Origin: a virus
Lineage: Duplodnaviria; Caudoviricetes
Length of the DNA stretch: 56,431 bases
Virus record (IMG/VR): IMGVR_UViG_3300023214_000125
Coordinates: 1 to 56,431 of that record
Reading direction: 5' to 3' (one strand)
Position numbers and translations under genes: made by a program. Of the stretch, positions 44,850 to 54,700 are shown piece by piece. How positions within the stretch are numbered: the stretch's first letter is position 1; each line of letters begins with the position of its first letter. Under the pieces are notes generated by a model, which worked only from the letters and a program-made list of their open reading frames with translations, did no database searches and was not told the DNA's origin.

Positions 44850-45743
44850 ATGATATTCCGCACCGTCAAAGACAAAAACAATCCATACACTCGGCTTGGC
44901 CATGCTACCATCAACGATGAACGCCTTAGCTACAAAGCTATCGGGATACACACCTACCTGATGAGCAAGCCAGACGACTGGCAGGCAAACGAGGCCGACA
45001 TCACAGCGCGCCACAGCGAAGGCAAATCGGCGGTGCGGAGCGGCGTACAAGAACTTATACAGTACGGATACATGGCGCGTGTCCAGTTGCGCAAGGATAA
45101 GAAAATTGTCGGGTGGAGACTCGACGTGTACGAATCGCCAGAAGTAAACCCGCATTACGATCTAGAATCGCCAGTTGATTACGTGGTCATTGACCTAGAT
45201 TCCGATAACAAGAATGTAGCTGACCTAGATTCCGATAAGCAAGATGTAGATAACCTAAATCTAGATAACCGGAATGTAGGTGCGCAGCCAGAGGATGAGC
45301 AGTCGAGTACAGACCTAGATTCCGATTACCTAGATTTAGATAAGCAAGATGTAGGAAATCGGAACCATAGTAAAGATCCAATAGAAGTAACAAATAACAA
45401 CAACAAAGAGGGTGGTGGTGGTCGTCGCGCAGCCGATGCCGCATATGGTACCCTGTGCAAAGCAGTTGAGAACGAAATAGGGTTACTATCCCCGATGGCT
45501 GCTGAAAAGCTGGGGGCGTTGGCGGACGAACACCCGCACGATTGGATACTTGATGCGCTGCGCATTGCGGTCAATCAAAACAAAAGAAGTTTGGCATACG
45601 TTGAAGGCATCTTGACCCGATGGAAGGCTGAAGGTCGGGACAGCCCGAAACCACAACGACGAGCCGGGCCGGTCGATTCCGTTGCCGATGCCAGTTGGGA
45701 CAAGCTATTCGCAAATTCACCACATTTACAGGACAGGAGCTAA
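44850..45743 (+). CDS. Replication initiator (N-terminal HTH, C-terminal DnaD-like domain)
   Basis: LSYKAIG...YLMSKPDDW N-terminus; SLAYVEGILTRW C-terminus; internal iterons. Confidence 0.85.
   Translation: MIFRTVKDKNNPYTRLGHATINDERLSYKAIGIHTYLMSKPDDWQANEADITARHSEGKSAVRSGVQELIQYGYMARVQLRKDKKIVGWRLDVYESPEVNPHYDLESPVDYVVIDLDSDNKNVADLDSDKQDVDNLNLDNRNVGAQPEDEQSSTDLDSDYLDLDKQDVGNRNHSKDPIEVTNNNNKEGGGGRRAADAAYGTLCKAVENEIGLLSPMAAEKLGALADEHPHDWILDALRIAVNQNKRSLAYVEGILTRWKAEGRDSPKPQRRAGPVDSVADASWDKLFANSPHLQDRS
45191..45410 (+). repeat. Iteron-like repeats; probable replication origin
   Basis: GACCTAGATTCCGAT at 45192, 45222 and 45312 plus AAGATGTAG variants on a 15-bp period, then an A-rich tract. Confidence 0.7.
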
Positions 45744-45746
45744 ACC

Positions 45747-46667
45747 ATGCTGGACATTTTCGAGAGTGACCTGCGCCCCATGCAGGTATGGCACACCAAA
45801 GCACTCGACAAGTTGGAACAGTGGGCGCAGGGCAAGCCGGAGGGATATAGTACCGGCTTCCGGTCGCTTGACTGGTACTGCCGCCCGATGGCGGGTGACC
45901 TGATTCTACTCGCCGCCCGCCCATCCCAGGGCAAGACGGCTATCGCCATGCAGATGTGCGAGAACATTGCCGCGCAGTTGATGCGAGAAGGTGACGATGG
46001 CTGCGTAGCCATATTCTCCGCCGAGATGCCGGGTTGGTCGCTGTACCTGCGCATGGCCAGCGCGGCCAGCGGCGTAAACCTGCATGAGTTGCGCCAGGGC
46101 CAGGGAACGAACGCCGATATGCACGCCATGCGGGATGCAATGGACCGGCTGAAGTCTCTACCCATCTGGATTGATGACAACAGCGGACCGACCACAGCGC
46201 AGATGCTGGAACAGTTGAGCGCGCTGCATGAAACGACGCCGGTGCGTGCCATGATGTTCGATTTCGTAGAGCTCGGCGGCGACCGGCGGCAGAATGAGGA
46301 GCAGCGTATATCGGCCATTGCGCAGAACCTCAAAGCCATCGCCAAGACGCTCAACATTCCGGTGATTGCACTCAGCCAACTGAGCCGCAAGGTGGAGGAA
46401 CGCGCGAACAAGATGCCCGCGTTGTCCGACTTACGTTACTCTGGAATGCTGGAGCAAGTTGCAGACGTGGTGATGTTCCTGATGCGCCCGGAATACTACG
46501 TTAAACGGCAGATGAGCATATCGGTGCCGGATGAAGACTTGCACGGTGTCGCCTACGTGCAAGTTGCCAAAAACCGCAATGGCCCGGTCGGCGGCGTGCG
46601 CATGGCGTTTATCGAGGAGCGGGCGAAATTTGCGGACCTGGAACGTTTTGAGTTGGCTGTTGAATGA
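45747..46667 (+). CDS. dnaB: DnaB-like replicative helicase (C-terminal ATPase domain only)
   Basis: AARPSQGKT, FSAEM, ALSQLSR, SDLRYSG and KNRNGP motifs. Confidence 0.92.
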   Translation: MLDIFESDLRPMQVWHTKALDKLEQWAQGKPEGYSTGFRSLDWYCRPMAGDLILLAARPSQGKTAIAMQMCENIAAQLMREGDDGCVAIFSAEMPGWSLYLRMASAASGVNLHELRQGQGTNADMHAMRDAMDRLKSLPIWIDDNSGPTTAQMLEQLSALHETTPVRAMMFDFVELGGDRRQNEEQRISAIAQNLKAIAKTLNIPVIALSQLSRKVEERANKMPALSDLRYSGMLEQVADVVMFLMRPEYYVKRQMSISVPDEDLHGVAYVQVAKNRNGPVGGVRMAFIEERAKFADLERFELAVE

Positions 46668-46680
46668 CTTCGCATAGAAA

Positions 46681-46926
46681 ATGACCGCGATTCCGAGGAG
46701 GGATGTGATGAGCAATGACGGATTGAGGCACGCACGAGACACGGCGCAATGCCCGCGTTGTCAACGCACGCTCGCTGCGTCGGTGGTGGCGGATTGTGGT
46801 AGACGATGCCCGCACGCGCGACTGAACCGGCAATTACAGCACATGGTGCTGATTGCGAAAGCGATGGAGTACACGGACGCCTCACAATGGATTGAGGCAC
46901 GAATCAACAAAAAGGAGACAGACTGA
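46681..46926 (+). CDS. Small Cys-rich hypothetical protein
   Basis: CPRC...CGRRC; start uncertain. Confidence 0.45.
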   Translation: MTAIPRRDVMSNDGLRHARDTAQCPRCQRTLAASVVADCGRRCPHARLNRQLQHMVLIAKAMEYTDASQWIEARINKKETD

Positions 46927-46927
46927 C

Positions 46928-47332
46928 ATGTACCAGCAGACAACGATTATAGGCAATCTTGGCAATGACCCGGACATGCGCTACACGCCCAGCGGCGTGC
47001 CGGTGTGCAGTTTCTCTCTGGCGGTCAATCGTTCGTGGACCGACAACGACGGCAACCGACAGGAGAAAGTGACGTGGTTTCGCGTCACGGCGTGGCGCAA
47101 GCTGGCTGAGGTATGCACGCAGTATTTGAGCAAAGGCCGGCAAGTGATGGTGGTCGGCGATGACCTGGAGGCGCGCGCATTCACCGACCGCGCTGGCGAG
47201 AACCGGGCATCTCTGGAACTGACGGCCCGCGAGGTGAAGTTCCTGGGCGGGCGCGACAACGGCAGCAACGGGAACAGCGCCGACCCGATGCAGGGCGAGA
47301 CGATGGAAAGCACGGAAGAAATTCCGTTCTAG
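46928..47332 (+). CDS. ssb: Single-stranded DNA-binding protein
   Basis: IGNLGNDPDMRYTPSG...WFRVTAW...acidic EEIPF tail. Confidence 0.95.
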   Translation: MYQQTTIIGNLGNDPDMRYTPSGVPVCSFSLAVNRSWTDNDGNRQEKVTWFRVTAWRKLAEVCTQYLSKGRQVMVVGDDLEARAFTDRAGENRASLELTAREVKFLGGRDNGSNGNSADPMQGETMESTEEIPF

Positions 47333-47455
47333 GGGGATTCTATGCACATTTTTGAGTGTATGCCCTGGGCCGTGTCCGTCCTGCTGGCGCTCGGCTGGTG
47401 GGCGGAGCGCCGGGCACTGTCCGAACATGAGCAATGAAAGGCAATAGCAAGACGA

Positions 47456-48307
47456 ATGATTCCTGTTACACACGCACTCTACAGAGCCGCCGGACGCCCA
47501 CCTATTGACGGCGACAATCCCGGCATGTGCCGTGTCTGCGGACACGAAGGCCAGCAGGGGCAGCCATTCGACAGGTGGGTGAAACCAACATTTACCGACC
47601 ACGACAAGCTATATCCAGGCACCATTGTTTGCCAGGCGTGCCTATTTTCGTTTGAGGAGCGCAGTGAGCAGCTAGCGCAAATTGTTGGTAAGGGGAAGCC
47701 GCAGCGAATGCGCAACTATTCGCATTTTGTAGCGGATGGCGTTTGGTTGCCACTATCCAAAGGCGACAAGCCTGCTATGTTGGATGCGCTACGCAAGCAC
47801 CCCGATGTGGCCGTTATCGCCACGTCGGGACAGAAGCATGTCATTTTTCGTGCCCAGCCCGGCATGTGGCAATTGGAGGAAAGCGCCATTGCGCCTGATA
47901 TGGTAATGCTAGAGAAGCTGTTGGGGTACGTCGAGGAACTGTATTTTATATTCAGCAAGGAGGAAATTTATACAGGACGATACCGCCAAAATCGCATTCG
48001 AGATTTTGGCGTTGTCGAATTTTTAACAATTGAGAATCAGCTAAAAACGCATCGTGGTTCAGCCATGTTTGAGCTAGCGATATTTCTGAGCCAGAAAGGC
48101 GATAAAGATGAACGACTATCCAGAGGAGTATCATCAAGCATTAAAGATGCTGATTCCGCTGTGGCGCGGAATCAGCGGGGACTACAAGCAAAAGTACGTC
48201 CGCAATATCTGGGACCAGTTCGAAAACCAGATACGGGCGGCGGCGTACACAAGCAGTGTGAGCAAGTTTATCAGCAGTCTTTGTTCCCGCCTGCAGATAC
48301 AGATTAG
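47456..48307 (+). CDS. csf1: Type IV CRISPR large subunit Csf1 (Cas8-like)
   Basis: CRVCG...FTDHD...CQAC Zn finger, SGQKHV motif; first gene of the csf cluster. Confidence 0.75.
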   Translation: MIPVTHALYRAAGRPPIDGDNPGMCRVCGHEGQQGQPFDRWVKPTFTDHDKLYPGTIVCQACLFSFEERSEQLAQIVGKGKPQRMRNYSHFVADGVWLPLSKGDKPAMLDALRKHPDVAVIATSGQKHVIFRAQPGMWQLEESAIAPDMVMLEKLLGYVEELYFIFSKEEIYTGRYRQNRIRDFGVVEFLTIENQLKTHRGSAMFELAIFLSQKGDKDERLSRGVSSSIKDADSAVARNQRGLQAKVRPQYLGPVRKPDTGGGVHKQCEQVYQQSLFPPADTD

Positions 48308-48509
48308 TTCAGACGATGTGTCCGACACGTTATCTGCACTCAACGCGTCCGACGAGCGTAAGCTACTGCGACAGTTGCGTGACGAAGCGCCCACGCTTGT
48401 TCTCATAGTCCGCCTCGAGAACGACAAGCGGAAGGCAGCGTGGGAGAAAAAACAGGAACTGGCGGGCACCATGTTCGATTCAAACGACAATCCATTCCAG
48501 GAGAAATGA
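48108..48509 (+). CDS. cas11: Small subunit Cas11-like
   Basis: 133 aa all-helical protein between csf1 and csf2, as in type IV-B. Confidence 0.65.
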   Translation: MNDYPEEYHQALKMLIPLWRGISGDYKQKYVRNIWDQFENQIRAAAYTSSVSKFISSLCSRLQIQISSDDVSDTLSALNASDERKLLRQLRDEAPTLVLIVRLENDKRKAAWEKKQELAGTMFDSNDNPFQEK

Positions 48510-48512
48510 ACA

Positions 48513-49490
48513 ATGCGAACAGTTGAATTTACCGGCCTCGTCACGGCGCTATCGTCCATTTTTCACGGTGGCGGCCAGTCGTTTGGGGTGAGCAGCAAGT
48601 TGCGCCGGGAGAAGTTCGTGCAGCCCGATGGCAGCGTGGAGGAGGTGCCCGTCATTTCGGGCAATGGCATTCGCGGCTTGTTGCGCGACCGGGGCATGGC
48701 GCACATGTGTCGCACCCTGGGTTATGGCGAACCGGGCGAAGACGGAAAGCCGCAGGGGTTATCGCTGCCGGCTTTTCATTTTTTGTTCAGCGGTGGCGCA
48801 CTGACAAAAACGTCGGGACGCGGACTGGACATTGATCGGGCACGAGAATTGCGGGAACTCATCCCGCTCGTGGGCGTGTTCGGCGGGGCCATGGGCAATC
48901 AGATTATGCCCGGCAAACTCAAGGTGGATAAGATGATGCCCGTCTGCGCCGAGACTGCGCATTTGCTGCCCGAATCGTGCGTGAATGGCTACCAGCCCGA
49001 CTCGATTTGGGAATATCTCCAAGAGGAGATGTACACGCGCAAGGACGATGAAAAGGACGAACACAAACGCACACTGATTGACAGCGATGTGCGCAAATTG
49101 CTGGAAGCTGAGGCTCGCAGTAAGCGCGACGCAACGTCGCAACCCGTCGTGCAGGATAACACCGGGCAGAACCAGCAGATGATGTACTACGTGGAGACGC
49201 TGGCCGCTGGCACTCGATTTTACTGGAGTATTATTCTGGAGGATGTCAGCGACATTGAGTTCGATGCGTTCGCCACATGTCTAGTCGAGTTTTCCCGATT
49301 TCCCTATGTGGGCGCCAAGTCAAATGTAGGCTTGGGCAAGATTAGTATCAAATTCGACAACTGGCACACCATCGACAGCCGCGTTAGCGCCGGCGGCGCA
49401 GCCGTGGATATGCCGGTGGGGCGCAGTTACCAAAGCCACCTCAACGAGCGTGCGGATGAGATTCGGGAGCTACTGGGAGGCATCCAATGA
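48513..49490 (+). CDS. csf2: Type IV Cas7-like backbone Csf2
   Basis: ALSSIFHG, VPVISGNGIRGLLRD, LFSGG, QMMYYVETLAAGT and VGAKSNVGLG RAMP motifs. Confidence 0.88.
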   Translation: MRTVEFTGLVTALSSIFHGGGQSFGVSSKLRREKFVQPDGSVEEVPVISGNGIRGLLRDRGMAHMCRTLGYGEPGEDGKPQGLSLPAFHFLFSGGALTKTSGRGLDIDRARELRELIPLVGVFGGAMGNQIMPGKLKVDKMMPVCAETAHLLPESCVNGYQPDSIWEYLQEEMYTRKDDEKDEHKRTLIDSDVRKLLEAEARSKRDATSQPVVQDNTGQNQQMMYYVETLAAGTRFYWSIILEDVSDIEFDAFATCLVEFSRFPYVGAKSNVGLGKISIKFDNWHTIDSRVSAGGAAVDMPVGRSYQSHLNERADEIRELLGGIQ

Positions 49491-50134
49491 TGGCGTTGAC
49501 TGCCTTGCCTTGGGTGCATAAGGACAAGGCGAAGACCAGCTACGAAGGCGGACTGTACGCCGCTATGGACGTGATTTCGTCTGGTAATGCCGCGCTGGCC
49601 CAGCAGATCCACGATAGCAAGCGACCGTCCCCGTTTAGCGCAGTGCTGTCGAATGGCACATTGCGCGTTGGTACGCTTGATACTGATATTTTTTTGGCCA
49701 TTGCAAATAGCTCGTTTGCGCACAAGGCCGAGCGTTTATCTGCTGACTCATTTGAATCGCTGATAGACGATGCGCCCGATACGCAGCGCATCAAATTGAC
49801 GTTCGAGACGCCGCTAGCGCTCGGGTCGTTTGGTGTCGACACAGCCTTCCCTGATGCACGTTGGTTGTTTGGCAGCCTGTTGCATCGCTGGCAGTCGGCA
49901 GGTGGCCCGCTCATCCCCGATCTGCAATACGGGGATGTGTGTTGCTACTGCGCAAGGCTACGCATGACGAAAGTGATTATGAGTAAATACGCGCAACGTG
50001 CGTGGAAGGGATATATGGGCATCATTGTGCCGCAGGACATGGCGAAATGGTATCATGTCCTTCTGCGATTTGCGCGGTACAGTGGCGTGGGACGCAAGAC
50101 AACGCATGGACTGGGACAGGTGCGCTATGAATGA
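49487..50134 (+). CDS. cas6: Cas6-family endoribonuclease
   Basis: IHD...PFS, LTFETP, LFGSLLHRW and C-terminal G-loop YSGVGRKTTHGLGQ. Confidence 0.85.
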   Translation: MMALTALPWVHKDKAKTSYEGGLYAAMDVISSGNAALAQQIHDSKRPSPFSAVLSNGTLRVGTLDTDIFLAIANSSFAHKAERLSADSFESLIDDAPDTQRIKLTFETPLALGSFGVDTAFPDARWLFGSLLHRWQSAGGPLIPDLQYGDVCCYCARLRMTKVIMSKYAQRAWKGYMGIIVPQDMAKWYHVLLRFARYSGVGRKTTHGLGQVRYE

Positions 50135-50879
50135 AACCGAGCATCTCAATGCGACACTGCATGCTCGCACCGGTCGGTTCAAGCGCAAAGTCGCAGAATC
50201 ACTGCGTATTGTGGAAGATGCTTTGTCTACTATGAATGCACCCTACATTGCGCTGAGTGGTGGCAAGGACAGCACGTGCGTGCTGCACTTGGTGCGCCTC
50301 TGTTCCCCGGATGTGCCCGGCGTGTGGAGTGATGACGAGTGGAATCTGCCTGAAACGATTGACTATATTGACCAGGTAGACAATGTACACCGTATCGCCG
50401 CCCGTGTCGAGCATTCCGAATGGTTCACCAGTTGGGACACCAAGTATCCTGAATTGCCCGAGGGGACCGCTTGGCTCGACACGCCCAACAACGACGGGCT
50501 GCAGGCATTTGCGCGCCGGCAGCAGTATGACGGCGTATTTATCGGATTGCGAGCGAAGGAGAATTCTCTCCGACATATTCACTTGCGCAAATTCGGAACA
50601 CTCTATTTTGCACAGAAGCATGGCGTCTGGCAATGCAACCCAATTGCCTGGTGGTCGGTGCAGGACGTGTGGGCGTACATCGTGTCAAACGATGTGCCCT
50701 ACAACGCTGCATATGACAGACTGTCTGAAATTGGTGTGGCGCTAGAGTATCAGCGTATTGGGCCCTTGTCGCAGGCTCGTGCGTTGGGGTATGGGCAATT
50801 GCAGATTCTAAAACGTGGCTGGCCCGAACTATTTAATCAGTTCGCCAATAAATACCCGGAGGCGCGCAGCTATGTATGA
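50127..50879 (+). CDS. cysH: CysH-like PAPS reductase family protein
   Basis: ALSGGKDS PP-loop, GLRAKE and PIAWWSVQDVW...YNAAYD motifs. Confidence 0.88.
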   Translation: MNETEHLNATLHARTGRFKRKVAESLRIVEDALSTMNAPYIALSGGKDSTCVLHLVRLCSPDVPGVWSDDEWNLPETIDYIDQVDNVHRIAARVEHSEWFTSWDTKYPELPEGTAWLDTPNNDGLQAFARRQQYDGVFIGLRAKENSLRHIHLRKFGTLYFAQKHGVWQCNPIAWWSVQDVWAYIVSNDVPYNAAYDRLSEIGVALEYQRIGPLSQARALGYGQLQILKRGWPELFNQFANKYPEARSYV

Positions 50880-51510
50880 GCCTCTCAAAATCACCGCCTA
50901 TCCCCGCTGCGGTATTATTGCTGACGCCTATTTGCCCATCGACGGCATCCTCTTTTACGCCGCCATGCGTCAATTGCATGGCCCGCAAATGCTGTCCACG
51001 CCTGGACACGTGCCTGACATTGAGTACCCCACATTGCCGCTGGGGATACGTGAAGAGCATGGCGAGTGGTTTTACGCAGCTTCATTTGCCCAGTGGGATG
51101 CCTATGCGGACGGACAGGAGCACTGGAACAAACGGTTTGACATGGCGCAATCGGATCTGATTGATTTTGCCGGTCGACGCGGGCGCGTTATTGTTGAGCA
51201 GGCGCGCTATAAAAGTTACCACATGCCTATGTTCTATCGTCATGCACTGAGTGTGTCCTGGTACGTGGTCGGTGATCGGGCAGGGGTTAGCGACCTGTTA
51301 TCTACCATGACGCACATCGGCAAAAAGGCTGCCCAAGGATGGGGGCGCATCAACGAATGGGAGGTGAATCAAGTTGGTAAGGACTGGTCAACGTATGATG
51401 ATGACGGTAATTTGATGCGTAGTATACCCGCTGCGCAGGGTATTGTGTATGGCATTCGGCCTAGCTACTGGTTGCGCGAGAACCAAGTCACATGTCAAAT
51501 GCCAGACTGA
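50872..51510 (+). CDS. csf3: Type IV Cas5-like Csf3
   Basis: PLKITA, IDGIL, LPL, YKSY, HIGKKAAQGWG and RPSYW motifs. Confidence 0.85.
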   Translation: MYEPLKITAYPRCGIIADAYLPIDGILFYAAMRQLHGPQMLSTPGHVPDIEYPTLPLGIREEHGEWFYAASFAQWDAYADGQEHWNKRFDMAQSDLIDFAGRRGRVIVEQARYKSYHMPMFYRHALSVSWYVVGDRAGVSDLLSTMTHIGKKAAQGWGRINEWEVNQVGKDWSTYDDDGNLMRSIPAAQGIVYGIRPSYWLRENQVTCQMPD

Positions 51511-51539
51511 CATTCTCAGAAAAATTACGGAGGCGATGG

Positions 51540-51686
51540 ATGGGGAACATATTTGACGATGAATTGTGCGATTGTGGTCAACCTGTTGCGCATGTCGAAA
51601 AGATACAGGTAAAGGAACGCACAACAGAGAAGTTGCCATTGTGCGAAAGTTGTTACCAGTTGTTTTTGGAAATTGAGAATCGTTAA
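51540..51686 (+). CDS. Small Zn-finger protein
   Basis: CDCG...LCESC. Confidence 0.45.
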   Translation: MGNIFDDELCDCGQPVAHVEKIQVKERTTEKLPLCESCYQLFLEIENR

Positions 51687-51700
51687 CAAAAGGATCTAAG

Positions 51701-54700
51701 ATGAAATTTGAGATGCCGAAGTTATTTGTAGATGAGTATCGAATGCAGCCTGTTTCCTTTGGGTTTGGCGATATGGGCAAGGTCACATTCCTGCGCACGT
51801 ACAGCCGACAAGATAATCCAAATGTGGACGGTCAGGAGGGCTGGGCGGATGTGTGCGAGCGTGCAATCAATGGGATGTATTCATTTCAGCAGCAATGGTG
51901 CGAAGAAAATGGCGTAAACTGGAATTACGAGAAGGCTGTACGCAGTGCAAAAGATGCGTACGACATGATGTTTCAGATGAAGTGGACCCCACCTGGGCGT
52001 GGATTGTCCATGATGGGTGTGCCGTTCGTGATGGAACGCGGCGAGGTCGAGAGTCTTCAAAACTGTGCGTTCATTAGCAGCAAATATATTGATCGTGAGA
52101 GAGGTGATTTCTTCGCTTGGCTGATGGAGCGGTCCATGTTGGGTGTGGGTGTGGGGTTTGATACCCGAGGATCTGGCAAGCTACGGATACACGCCAAGCC
52201 CGGACAGGAGGGTCGTACGTTTATGGTGCCCGATAACCGACAGGGCTGGGCGGAATCTGTGCGCATGTTAATTGATTCTTATCTCAATCCCACGATGCCA
52301 CACTGGCAATTTGACTATAGCCTAGTGCGCCCGCGGGGTAGTTTGATCCGTGGCTTTGGTGGCGTGGCGTCTGGGCCTGAACCGCTAATTGACCTGCACA
52401 GATCCATCCGCAAGATTCTGGATACGCAGGATGGCCAGCTTCTGAACAGCCGCACCATCGTTGATTTGTGCAATCTGATAGGCAAATGCGTTGTGTCAGG
52501 GAATGTGCGGAGATGTCTCCCAAAGGGAACGCTCATACATACAAGGGATGGCCTTGTGCCTATTGAGAATATTTGCCCAGGGATGGCGGCTAAAACATCG
52601 GATGGGTATGCGGAAATTAGCGAATTAATCGAGCAGGGTACGCAAGCAACAATTCTTATTCAGACTCAGCTCGGTGATTTTGAGTGTACCAAGTCTCATC
52701 GGGTGGCTGTGATGACTTCGCCAGGAGAGTACACATGGAAACTTGCATCTGAGCTATTGCAAGGCGAACGACTAGTTTTTGTTGAGGGTATGATTAATGG
52801 TGTAAACACTCATTTGCCTGATTGGTCGTATGATAAGCCGTTGCATTCGACTACATGCGTTGATATAGATATCCCCACCTTAGATGCAGATATGGCTTGG
52901 TTCATTGGAATGTTTCATGGCGATGGTTATGTTTACCCTAATTTTGAGAATGGTGGATTCAATGCTTACGTGATGGTTGCCTGTGACACCAAACATTCCG
53001 AAATTATCAATCGGGTGGAACAGCAGATAGAGCGATTCGGGGTAAACATAAATCGAGTTGAGCCTTCCGAGTCCGATAAATCCGTAAAGGTACGGAGTCA
53101 GTCAAAGCAACTTGCTTGGTATTTATCTCAGATTAAGGTCGCTAACGAGCCGATCAGTGTGCCAGATTTCATCTTAAAGGGCACCCATAGAGTGCGAGCA
53201 GCTTATGTAGCTGGACTCTTTGATGCTGATGGCAGCTCGGCTACTAGGCCTGTTCTGGTTGCGTCCTCAGTGTATCCGACTTACTTGAAAGAAGTGCAGT
53301 CGCTTTGCGCATCTTTGGGGATTCCAACGAGAATGCGATTGCATAGAAAAGCAAGAGGGCAATGGAGGTCACTGTATCATCTCTCCGTAGTTGGCGCTCG
53401 TGCGGTAGGCAGATTTCAAGGTATTGTGACCCCTTATAGTTCGAAGTACGAAGATACACGCAAGACACAGAGAAGCCAACATGGATATGGGTATGAGTTG
53501 CTAGGCGGGGATTGCAAGGGGCTAATACCCATCAAGGTGAATGGGATTCAGCCGGGGCGAACGGTTGAAACTTTCGATATAAGCGTTCCTGGCGCACATG
53601 AGTTTGTAGCTGCCGAGGGTTTACTTGTTCACAATTCTGCCGAGATTGCACTTGGCGATCCAAGCGATAGCGAATTCATTAACTTGAAAAACTACGATTT
53701 GTATCCCGAGCGTGCTGAGTATGGTTGGGTGTCTAACAATTCCGTATTTGCCGAAGTCGGCATGGATTACAGCAGCGTAGCCGAACGCACGTGGGCGAAT
53801 GGAGAGCCAGGCTACTACTGGCTGGAAAATGCGCGCCAGTACGGGCGCATGAATGGGGTGCGCAAACCCGATGTGGGGGTGATGGGCGCCAACCCATGCA
53901 ACGAACAGAATTTGCACCATCGTGAGGAATGCACGTTGGTGGAAATCTTTTTGCCACGGTGCAAAAACAAGCAGGAGTTTGAGCGAGCTATCAAGTATGC
54001 TTACCTGTATGGGAAAAGTGTTACCTTGGCCAATGAACGCATTCGTGATCCGCAGGCGCGCGATGTAATGTGCCAAAACCGGCGGATCGGATTGTCGGTT
54101 ACAGGCATTACTCAATTTGTTGGACAACGCGGCATGGGCACATTGCGGGATTGGCTGGATCACGGCTATTACATTAGCGGTTACTATGACCAGCTATATT
54201 CGCAATGGCTAAACGTCAATGAATCCATCCGCCGCACCAGCGTCAAGCCCAGCGGAACCGTCTCTATCGTAGCCGGTGTAACGCCTGGCGTTCATTTTGC
54301 GCCCGCTGGTCGCCATCATATCCGCCGTATTGTGCTGGCAGATGATAGCCCGCTTGTGGAGCCATTGCAGGCCGCAGGGTATCCTATCGAGCCGTCCGCT
54401 TATACACCGGGTAGCGTGGCGGTGTCGTTCCCTGTTGACGCTGGACCGGGCGTGCGTAGCGAAAGTGACGTAAGTATGGACGAACAATTGCAGCTTGTAT
54501 CACTGGTGCAACGCCATTGGGCCGACAACGCCGTGAGCGCCACGGTGAAGTTTGATCGAGAGGCAGTTGGGCCAGATGACATTAAACAGGCGCTTGAACA
54601 TTATCAACATCGACTCAAGGGAATTAGTTTCTTGCCAAGTGAGGGCCACGGCTACGAACAAGCGCCATATGAGAGTATTGATAAAGAGACGTACCGTGAC

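Noticed and set aside
45191-45363. Mini CRISPR array inside the initiator gene
   Set aside because: In-frame 15-bp periodic repeats without unique spacers fit iterons better
50127-50879. Auxiliary sulfate-assimilation gene
   Set aside because: Embedded in the csf cluster, where CysH-like genes are a type IV-B hallmark; no other cys genes
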